From an uncultured Alphaproteobacteria bacterium (GTDB lineage Bacteria; Pseudomonadota; Alphaproteobacteria; Rhizobiales; Xanthobacteraceae), in the NCBI GenBank assembly GCA_963724715.1, contig CAVRVV010000009.1, positions 2,060,578 through 2,124,577 of the forward strand: DNA of 64,000 nt. Reading direction: 5' to 3'. Under the pieces are notes generated by a model. It was not told the DNA's origin, made no database searches, and saw only the letters and a program-made list of their open reading frames with translations. Positions 27,573 through 35,253 of the stretch are shown here, piece after piece (positions within the stretch are counted from its first letter, which is position 1; the number at the start of each line of letters is the position of its first letter). Made by a program: the position numbers and the translations under genes.

Positions 27573-30260
27573 CTAATTCGTGACGACGCGGCTTGGCGGA
27601 AAAGCGATTTCGACCAGGGTGCCGGCGTTCGGCGCGCTCTTGATGTGGAAGTTGGCGCGGTTAGCCTCAGCCAGCGCCTTGGTCAGCGGCAAGGCCGAGG
27701 CCGGTTCCGCCGGAGCCCCAGCTGCCCGACGTCGCCACTTGGCGGAACGGTTCGAGCGCCGTCTCGATGTCTTTTTCGCTCATGCCGACGCCGGTATCGC
27801 GTACGCGCAGCACGACCTCGCTGCTGTCGGAGACCGCGGTGGAGACGATCACCTGGCCGCCGGGCCCGGTGAACTTGATCGAGTTGGCCAGGAGATTGAG
27901 CACGATCTGGCGCAGCGATCGCTCATCGGCGACGACCTGCGGCAGCGCCGGCGTCAATGAGGTGCGGATAATGATGCGGGCGCGGTTCGCCTGCGGCTGC
28001 ATGATGCCGACGCATTGCTGGGTGAGATCGTTGACGCCGACATTGCCGAAGCTGAGATCGAGCTTGCCGGTCTCGACCTTGGACAGATCGAGCAGATCGT
28101 TGAGCAGCGAAACCAGTTGCGTGCCGGCGCCGTGGATGTTCTTGAGATATTCGCGGTAGCGCTCGTTGCCGATCGGACCGAAGCGCTCCGCCATCATGAC
28201 TTCGGCGAAACCGGTCATGGCGTTAAGCGGCGTGCGGATCTCGTGGCTGATCTTGGCAAGAAAATCCGCTTTGGCCGCCGCCGCTTTTTGCGTTTCGCGC
28301 TTGGCGTTGCGCAACTCGGTCTCGGCGGCGGCAAGCGCGAGCTCGGTGGCGCGGCGGCCTACCGCGTTCAGTCCGTTGGTCAGGATGAGCGCCAGCGCCG
28401 AGGCGCCGTTCCACGGCACCGAGAACAGCCGGGCGTCGACCGCAACCGTGTCGCCGCGACCCGTCATGATCGACAGCGCCTGCGTGCCGGTGCTTTCCGC
28501 GAGCGTATCGGCGCCGCGCTCGACGAACAAAGAATTCAACCCGCCGGCGGCTTCGAGCGCCGTGAGTTTGTCGTAGCCGGTCGTTTCGAGGAAATGGCGA
28601 TTGGCGTAGAGCAGCGCATCGTGCCGGTAGACCAGCACGCCGATCGGAAAACGGTCGAGCAGCGATGGATCGATGACGGCGGCCGGTTGCGCCACGGCGG
28701 CTCCGCCCGCTTCCGCCGCTGCGGGACGCTCGGCGTCATTCGCAGGTAGCGGCGGCACCTCGGCCGACGGCAGCGCGGCAGGAGTTTCGGCGGCTTGGTC
28801 CGGCGGCTTCGGCGCTTCGGCCAGCGTGCCTTCGACGCCGGGCTCGGCGGCAGCGGGCGCCTCCGGCGTGCCGCGCAGGCGCGCGTTCAGTTCCTGCGCC
28901 AGTTCGCGGAACGCCCTGCGCTCCACCGGACTGAGCGTCGGCGCTTTCGGTTCCACAGGCGGTGCCTGACGAAACGGCACCACATTGGCTGCAGCCGGCG
29001 CCATCGATTGCGCCGCGCGCTCGGGCCGCGGCGCTGCTTCGGCGGCTGCAGGGCTTCGCGGCGCCGCAGTCGCGGCGTCATCGGTTTCCGGCGCCGGCAT
29101 GAAGCCGATCGGCCGTTCGCGGCGCGCGCGCGCCAACTGGTTGATGCGGGCAAGGTCGCGACAGACGCCAAAACCGCGATAGCCGCGAAAGCTGCGGTCG
29201 CGATCGAACACCGGCAGGCCCGACAGCTCGACCGGCAGCCGGTCGCTCGTTTCATCCACCGGCCAGGGAATGACGATGCCGCTCCAGGTCTCATGGCTCG
29301 ACACCGCACGCGCGATCTGATTGTCCGGATCGAGTTTCAGCTCGGCTGCGATTTCGTTCCAGGTTCCGGCCGAACGCTGCCGTGGTTTTCGGTCCGACCA
29401 GCGCGATGAATTCATCGGAGCCGACGACGAAGCGACCGTCGGCATCCATCTGCCAGACGAACCGCAACGGATGACGCCGTGCGACGATCGGCTCGGCGGG
29501 CGAAGCGGTTTGCGGCGCCTGTGGCAGACGGCGGCTGCACCGGCGGCGCTGTCACCGCCGCCTCAGACGTGGCGGGCGCAACAACGGTCTCGCTCGGCTT
29601 TACCTCCGCTATATCGCTAGCCGCCGCTTGCGGCTGCGGCAAGCTGAGCACCAGCACGCGCGCCGCGCCATCACCGAGCCGTTGCGATTGAATTCGACGC
29701 TTTCTTGTCCCAACTGCAGAGACGCCGTCGCGCTGCCGACATCGAGTGCCTTGGCGGCAGCGGCGTGGATGCCGAGCGCGGACAAGGAATTTGCGTCGCC
29801 CAAGCTGTGCGCGCGCCGCTTCAGTCGCATGAACCAGCGCGCCATCCGCTGCGAAGACGGCGAGCGGTTCGTCGTCGCCGAACAGGCGGCGGACGCGCTC
29901 GGCAAGCGACAGTGCCGGCCCCGCCGGCTCGGTCGCAGCGATCAAGACCGCGGACTTGCCATCGGCCAGAACGAGGCGCGAGCAGGCGCAGGTCAGCGCG
30001 CGGCCGAAGCCAAGCCCAAAACCACGCAAGCGTTCGAGGCGCGGCGGGCCGGCCGATGGCAAGGTGGCGGCAAGGCGGATGATCTGCACGGCGGCCGGGT
30101 TGTTGGTGTCGAAGCGGCGCTGCACGCACTCACGCGTATCGGCGGCGCCGAACAGCGCCGCGCCGGCCGCATTCGCCCACAGCATCCGCGAGGCATCGGT
30201 GCTCCACAGCCAAGCGGGCCATGGGCTCGTCGCCGGCGCCGCAAGTCGCGGATCACGCAA
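27573..30260 (-). pseudogene. PleC/DivJ/PdhS-type sensor histidine kinase broken into at least five frame segments
   Basis: The N-terminal segment is ORF 29412..30260 (SPWPAWLWSTDASRMLWANAAGAALFGA). The middle segment is ORF 29609..29905 (DANSLSALGIHAAAAKALDV). The main body is ORF 27667..29445 (PAS-like region, H-box FLAKISHEIRTPLNAM, GNERYREYLKNIHGAGTQLVSLLNDLLDLSK, HATPase). The last 35 codons (PLTKALAEANRANFHIKSAPNAGTLVEIAFPPSRVVTN, stop at 27573-27575) are in another frame. Confidence 0.8.
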
Positions 30261-30494
30261 TAGGGCGAGTTCTGACTCTACAGACGTGCATACGACGGAA
30301 CTCGTTTGGCTAAGGAAATCTTAATAGTGCGGGGGCGCTGCGGCGTCCATGGCGCGAAGCCGTCCGCCGCGGCCCTTGGCAGGGTAACCTTAATCGCAGC
30401 GCTCGCCGGTTTGGCCGCGCCATTTTGGGCCTTGCATGTCCGAGGCGAAATTACGGTAGGATCAAGCCGCCGGCCCTTGTTCGTGGAGCACCCC

Positions 30495-30879
30495 ATGGCC
30501 CAAGGACCCCTTCGAGCAATTCGCAATCCCGAACGAGATGCGCAGCTTAGCCGAGCAGAGCGTGGTCCAGGCTCGCCAGGCCTTTGACGGTTTCCTCCAG
30601 GCGGCAAATCAGGCCATGGGCCAGTTCCAGGGGCAGGCTCAGACGGCCCGCAGCCGCGCCCAGGAAATCGCGCAAAAATCGATGACCTATGCCGAGCAGA
30701 ATGTGGCGGCGACCTTCGATTTCGCGCAAAAGCTCATGCGCGCCAAGGACGCAGCCGAGCTCATGGGGCTGCAATCGGAATATCTCTCCCGCCAGATGCA
30801 GACAATTTCGGCCCAGGTTCAGGATCTTGGCCAAAGTGCTGCCAAAATGGCGATGGATGCTGCCAAACCTAAGACCTGA
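30495..30879 (+). CDS. phaP: phasin family protein; the first ATG is out of frame with the body by one base
   Basis: The in-frame ORF 30538..30879 starts MRSLAEQSVVQARQAFDGFLQA. Upstream and in frame, KDPFEQFAIPNE continues without a start codon. The ATG at 30495 would join it if the CCC run at 30499-30501 were CC. The minimal safe CDS is 30538..30879. Confidence 0.7.
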
Positions 30880-30955
30880 TTGCGCCACAGGAATTTTCGC
30901 CTGAATGTTCGCCTCGGCGCGAAAACGCCAGAAGTTTCAATCCCTTAAAATATTT

Positions 30956-30986
30956 GTGCAATGCAATATATTCTGTTGCATTGCAC
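30956..30986 (+). promoter_or_regulatory. 11-bp perfect inverted repeat GTGCAATGCAA-N9-TTGCATTGCAC upstream of the second phasin gene (candidate PhaR-type operator)
   Basis: Read directly in the AT-richer phasin-phasin intergenic region. It is TGC-rich, like operators reported for alphaproteobacterial PhaR. Confidence 0.55.
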
Positions 30987-31164
30987 CAAAAATGTGCTAT
31001 ATGTAAGGTCTGGAAGCCGCGGGCTTGGAAATTGTTGCGTTCGGTCACGAGGGTCAGCGCGAGGAGTAAGGCCTCGCGCAATGGGCGGCGACGCCAAGCA
31101 GATTATTCCGAGCGACAGCCCAATGAGTGATCAAGCAAGATCGAAGATCAAGGAAACAGCGATC

Positions 31165-31660
31165 ATGGCTGAAGCCACCACAGCCCCCAAAGCGAAGACG
31201 AGCAAGCCCTGTGACGGGCGCGTTCGAAATGCCGAAATTCGAAATGCCGAAGTTCGACATCCCGAAGGTCGAGATGCCGGCTGCCTTCCGCGAATTCGCC
31301 GAGCGCGGCGTCGCGCAGGCCAAGGATACCTACGAGAAGATGAAGGCCGCCGCCGAAGAGGCGACCGACGTGCTCGAGACCACCTATTCGACCGCCACCA
31401 AGGGTGCCGCCGACTACGGCCTCAAGGTCATCGAGACGACCCGCGTGAACACCAACGCCGCATTCGATTTCTACGGCGAACTGATCACCGCGAAGTCGCT
31501 CTCCGAAGTGATCGAGCTGTCGAGCGCGCATGCGCGCAAGCAGTTCGAGGCGCTCACGGCACAGAGCAAGGAACTCGGCGCCCTGGCGCAGAAGGTCGCC
31601 ACCGAGACCGCCGAGCCGATCAAGAGCGGCATGAACAAGGCGTTCAGCAAGGTCGCTTAA
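31165..31660 (+). pseudogene. phaP: phasin family protein with a frame disruption after codon 15
   Basis: The ATG at 31165 is preceded by AAGGAAAC, and MAEATTAPKAKTSKP lies in the frame of ORF 30961. The body VTGAFEMPKFEMPKFDIPKVEMPAAFREFAERGVAQAKDTYEKMK... is in ORF 31127..31660. The switch is at the CCC run at 31207-31209. Confidence 0.78.
31223..31279 (+). repeat. in-frame 15-bp tandem repeat encoding (F/V)(E/D)(M/I)PK x4 inside the phasin gene
   Basis: The DNA ttcgaaatgccgaaa ttcgaaatgccgaag ttcgacatcccgaag gtcgagatgccg was read directly. Confidence 0.8.
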
Positions 31661-31704
31661 GTCCGGCGCCTGCGGCCGCGTTCCAAAGTGTTACGGTTAA
31701 GGGA

Positions 31705-31735
31705 AAGCCCGGGTTCATGCCCGGGCTTTTGCTTT
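31705..31735 (+). terminator. rho-independent terminator downstream of the phasin gene
   Basis: Stem AAGCCCGGG (31705-31713), loop TTCATG, stem CCCGGGCTT (31720-31728), followed by TTGCTTTG. Confidence 0.7.
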
Positions 31736-31824
31736 GCCGCGTGCGCCTTGCCGGCCTGACCTTCAGCCTTGCCAAAATAGAGCCTTGCCCATAGGTTCCG
31801 CACGCTTGCCGACCGCGAGCCCGT

Positions 31825-31901
31825 GCAGCTGTAGCTCAGTTGGTTAGAGCGCTTGACTGTGGATCAAGAGGTCGGTGGTTCGAGTCCACCCAGCTGTACC
31901 A
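31825..31901 (+). tRNA. tRNA-His (anticodon GTG) lacking G-1, with G1-U72 and A73
   Basis: Manual cloverleaf: acceptor GCAGCTG/CAGCTGT, D arm GCTC-AGTTGGTTA-GAGC, anticodon arm CTTGA-CTGTGGA-TCAAG, variable AGGTC, T arm GGTGG-TTCGAGT-CCACC, A73, encoded CCA. The nucleotide at -1 is T. Confidence 0.9.
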
Positions 31902-32155
31902 TTCAGACCAGCGAATATTGCCGCAATTCTCCCATGAGGCGCGCGGCCGTACGCCACGGCCTTCGTCGCCGCGCAGGATAAGGATCGGCGCTTCAATTTT
32001 TTCAGATTCAAGCGATGACGCAGTCGAATTGCCGGCGCCGGCGACATCGCGTGTCATGAGTTTGGCCTTGGTTTCTTGGGCTTGCTCCATCGCCGGGCTC
32101 CGATAACAATATCACGGCATGGCCTTCGTTCCTGCTTTGCACGGAGGGTAGACCG

Positions 32156-33097
32156 ATGTCGGGCATCCATCACGTTACGGCGATTTCCGGCAAGGCCGCG
32201 CGCAATTGGGATTTTTATACGCGCGTCATCGGGCTGCGCTTCGTCAAGAAGACGGTGAACTTCGACGACCCCGGCACCTATCATCTCTATTATGGCGACC
32301 GGGTCGGCCATCCCGGCACCATCCTCACGTTCTTCCCGTGGGAGCATGCGGCGCCGGGGCGTGGCGGCGTCGGCCAGGCACAGCAGACGACATTCCGCGT
32401 CCCGGCAAGCGCCATCGGCTATTGGACGCACCGGCTTGTCGAGAACGGCGTGACCCACGAGGCGCCGGAAAAACGTTTTGGCGACACGGCGCTGTCGTTC
32501 ACCGATCCCGACGGCATGAGTCTCGCGCTGGTCGGCGTTGCCGGAGCTGAAGCCGAGCCGGCATGGAGCGCCGGCACCATTCCCGCCGAACACGCGGTGC
32601 GTGGTTTTCACGGCGTCACGCTGATGGTCGAAGACGCGGCGCGCACGGCCGCGGTGCTGACCGATGTTTTGGGCTTCAAGGACGGCGGCCGGGATGGAAC
32701 GCTGTCCCGCTTGCGCGCCCGCGAGGCGGTCGGCGGCGTCATCGATATCCGCGAAGCGAAGGGTTTTTTGCCCGGGCGGCTCGGCCGCGGTTCGGTGCAT
32801 CACATCGCGTTCCGCGCTGCGGACGACGCCAGCCAGGCGGCGATGGCGCAAAAGCTCGTCGCCGATCTCGGCTTGCGGCCGACCCATCAGCTCGACCGGC
32901 AGTATTTCCGCTCGGTCTATTTCCGCGAGCCGGGCGGCATTCTGTTCGAGATTGCAACCGATGTTCCGGGCTTTGCCGTCGACGAGCCAGTCGCGACGCT
33001 CGGCCACGATTTGAAGCTGCCGCCGTTTCTCGAGGCGCGGCGCAAGGAGATCGAAGCGGTGCTGCCCGAACTGCAGGCCACGGAACGGACGGCGTGA
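32156..33097 (+). CDS. ring-cleaving dioxygenase, VOC superfamily (MhqO/YkcA-like)
   Basis: 313-aa ORF with two VOC modules (GIHHVTAISGKAARNWDFYTRVIGLRFVKKTVNFDDPGTYHLYYGD and SVHHIAFRAADD...YFRSVYFREPGGILFEIATD). Confidence 0.85.
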   Translation: MSGIHHVTAISGKAARNWDFYTRVIGLRFVKKTVNFDDPGTYHLYYGDRVGHPGTILTFFPWEHAAPGRGGVGQAQQTTFRVPASAIGYWTHRLVENGVTHEAPEKRFGDTALSFTDPDGMSLALVGVAGAEAEPAWSAGTIPAEHAVRGFHGVTLMVEDAARTAAVLTDVLGFKDGGRDGTLSRLRAREAVGGVIDIREAKGFLPGRLGRGSVHHIAFRAADDASQAAMAQKLVADLGLRPTHQLDRQYFRSVYFREPGGILFEIATDVPGFAVDEPVATLGHDLKLPPFLEARRKEIEAVLPELQATERTA

Positions 33098-33735
33098 TGG
33101 CCAAGACATTGTCCCTGTCCTTCATTCATCGTTTTGAAAAGGCCACCGAGCCCGATGCGCATCCGTTGCTGTTGCTGCACGGCACCGGCGGCGACGAGAA
33201 CGACCTCATCCCGCTCGGCCGCATGATCGCGCCTGCGGCGCCGTTGCTTTCGCCGCGCGGAAAAGTCTTGGAAAACGGCATGCCGCGATTTTTCCGCCGT
33301 TTCGCCGAAGGCCGCTTCGACGAGGACGACGTGCGCCAGCGCGCCCAAGAGCTCGCGGATTTCATCGAACAAGCGCGAGCCCATTACGGCATCGCGCCGC
33401 CGATTGCGCTCGGCTATTCGAACGGCGCCAATATCGCCGCGGCGCTGTTGCTGCTGCGGCCGCAAACGCTGGCCGGCGCCATTCTGCTGCGGGCGACGCT
33501 GCCATTGTCGCAAACGACACCGGTCGACTTGGCCGGCAAGCCGGTCCTGATCGATTCCGGCGCCAGCGACCCGATGATGACGCCGGAAGGCGCCGCGCAG
33601 CTAGCGGCGCGCTTGCAGCAATATGGTGCTAGTGTCGAGCATCGCACCTTGCCGAGCGGCCATGAGCTGTCGCAGGCGGACGTCACGCTAGCACAAGCCT
33701 GGCTGCGGACACACGCGCAGCCAGCGGAGAAATGA
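33097..33735 (+). CDS. alpha/beta hydrolase (phospholipase/carboxylesterase, MhqD-like)
   Basis: The ATG at 33097 overlaps the upstream TGA. It reads LLLLHGTGGDENDLIPLG with the nucleophile elbow LGYSNGA. Confidence 0.82.
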   Translation: MAKTLSLSFIHRFEKATEPDAHPLLLLHGTGGDENDLIPLGRMIAPAAPLLSPRGKVLENGMPRFFRRFAEGRFDEDDVRQRAQELADFIEQARAHYGIAPPIALGYSNGANIAAALLLLRPQTLAGAILLRATLPLSQTTPVDLAGKPVLIDSGASDPMMTPEGAAQLAARLQQYGASVEHRTLPSGHELSQADVTLAQAWLRTHAQPAEK

Positions 33736-33782
33736 GTTTGCGAAGGTAATAGTTTTGGGGCGACTGACGGGGGAGGCATCCG

Positions 33783-33989
33783 ATGAAAACGGTGGCTTAT
33801 GTTCTGAGCATTATCTGCGTCGTCGTCGCGATCATGTATTTCGTGCTGCCGGGGGGCTCATTGCCGACATTCTTGCCGGGCTACGTCGCCGGCTCGACGC
33901 ACGTTCATAAGATGCACGGGTTCGCGGCCGCCACCGGAGCCATTGTGTTTTTGTTGATCGGCCTCTCGACGCGGCGCGCTAGAGCATGA
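33783..33989 (+). CDS. small two-helix membrane protein, function unknown
   Basis: 68-aa ORF with a GGGGGAGG SD 6 nt upstream and two hydrophobic helices. Confidence 0.55.
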   Translation: MKTVAYVLSIICVVVAIMYFVLPGGSLPTFLPGYVAGSTHVHKMHGFAAATGAIVFLLIGLSTRRARA

Positions 33990-34099
33990 TCCCGAAAAAG
34001 TCCGTCGCCGGACTTACTTAATCCGGCGATGGAGACCGGTTTCCCGCCTTCGCGAAGCCCGCTTCGGCGGGCGAAGGAAGGTCGGATACGATCATGCGC
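33982..34099. repeat. REP/MITE-like element, family C, long copy (termini GAGCATGATC ... GATCATGCGC)
   Basis: Terminal inverted repeats and an internal ACCGGTTTCC core are shared with the 50-bp copy at 50090..50139. It also has an internal hairpin CCGCCTTCGCGAAGCCCGCTTCGGCGGGCGAAGG. Confidence 0.65.
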
Positions 34100-34115
34100 A
34101 AACGAGAATCCATTT

Positions 34116-35093
34116 TCACTTCTGTGAAATCTTCTGCAGCACCGGCAGCCAGGTGTCCTGCTCCTTCTGCACGAAGGCGAGAACCTGCTCGGGCGTCATG
34201 GCGCGCGAATAGCTGCCGATATTGCTGAGCCGCTGCTTGAAGTCCGGATCGCTGACCACTTTAGCCAGATCGACGCTGATCTTGCCGACGATCGGCGCCG
34301 GCGTGCCGAGCGGCGCCACCAGCACTTGCCAGCCGCGCGCGGCAAATCCCGGAATGGTCTCGGCCACGGTCGGCAGGTCGGGAAACTGCGGCAGCCGTTC
34401 CGGCGACGCCACCGCGATCAGCTTCACCTGCCCGGCTTTGACCGACCCGACGATGCCCGAATAACCCTCGATGATCATCGACACGCGGCCACCGACGACG
34501 TCGGCAAGCGCCGCCGCCGGCCCGCCGTTATAGGGCACCGGCAACAGGCTGATGTCGGCGCGATCCTGGAACACCAAGCCGGTGAGATGCGTGAGCCGGC
34601 CGACGCCGGTCACCGCAATGGAAATCTTGCCCGGGTCCTTTTTGGCGAGCGCGATCAATTCCGGCAAGGTCGAGACGCCGAGCGACGGCGTCACCGCAAA
34701 GAACATCGGATTTTCCGCCGTATAGCCGATCGGAATGAAATCGCGCGGCAGTTTTAGCGGCAGATTGGGCGCGACCGACGGCAGCGAGGCGAAGGTCGAC
34801 AGCGCCGGCATGAACAGCGTGTAGCCGTCCGGGATGGCGTCGGTCGCTGCGCGCGCGGCGATGCTGCCGTTGGCGCCCGGGCGATTGATCACGATGACCT
34901 GCTGGCCCCAGATTTTGCTCAAGCCCTCGGCGACAAAACGCGCGTCGACGTCCGGCGTGGCGCCGGGCGCCGCGTCGGCGATGATCGTCACCGGCTTTTC
35001 GGGATAATTGCCCGCTTGCGCATGCGCGGCAGGAGCCAGCGGCAAGGTCAGCAGGCCAACGCCGGCAAGGCCGAGCCCAATGATTGTCTTCAT
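34116..35093 (-). CDS. TctC/Bug family substrate-binding protein 5
   Basis: ORF 34116..35126 trimmed to the ATG at 35093 (MKTIIGLGLAGVGLLTLPLAPAAHAQAGNYPEKPVTII). Confidence 0.88.
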   Translation of the reverse strand: MKTIIGLGLAGVGLLTLPLAPAAHAQAGNYPEKPVTIIADAAPGATPDVDARFVAEGLSKIWGQQVIVINRPGANGSIAARAATDAIPDGYTLFMPALSTFASLPSVAPNLPLKLPRDFIPIGYTAENPMFFAVTPSLGVSTLPELIALAKKDPGKISIAVTGVGRLTHLTGLVFQDRADISLLPVPYNGGPAAALADVVGGRVSMIIEGYSGIVGSVKAGQVKLIAVASPERLPQFPDLPTVAETIPGFAARGWQVLVAPLGTPAPIVGKISVDLAKVVSDPDFKQRLSNIGSYSRAMTPEQVLAFVQKEQDTWLPVLQKISQK

Positions 35094-35253
35094 GTCATCC
35101 TCCCTCGCCGCCAATCCTTCACGCAACGACGCTTGGTCTCAACGTTACCAAACGCCGCACGTTGCGGCGCTGCTCGATTTTTCCGGTTCCAAGAGCGAAT
35201 AGTCCGGGATTCAGGGTAAACGCACTTCAGGACGGCTTTACCTTAACAAGTTA

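Noticed and set aside
10557-31210. Programmed ribosomal frameshifting as the explanation for the split genes.
   Set aside because: There are no slippery heptamers or downstream stimulatory structures at the break points. The breaks occur in unrelated gene families that are never known to use recoding, and several genes have multiple breaks.
31902-32155. A genomic island or integrated element at the tRNA-His 3-prime end.
   Set aside because: There is no integrase, and I saw no direct repeat of the tRNA 3-prime end downstream. There is no compositional break, and ordinary catabolic genes follow within 250 bp. The minus ORF 31836..32090 overlaps the tRNA and looks spurious.
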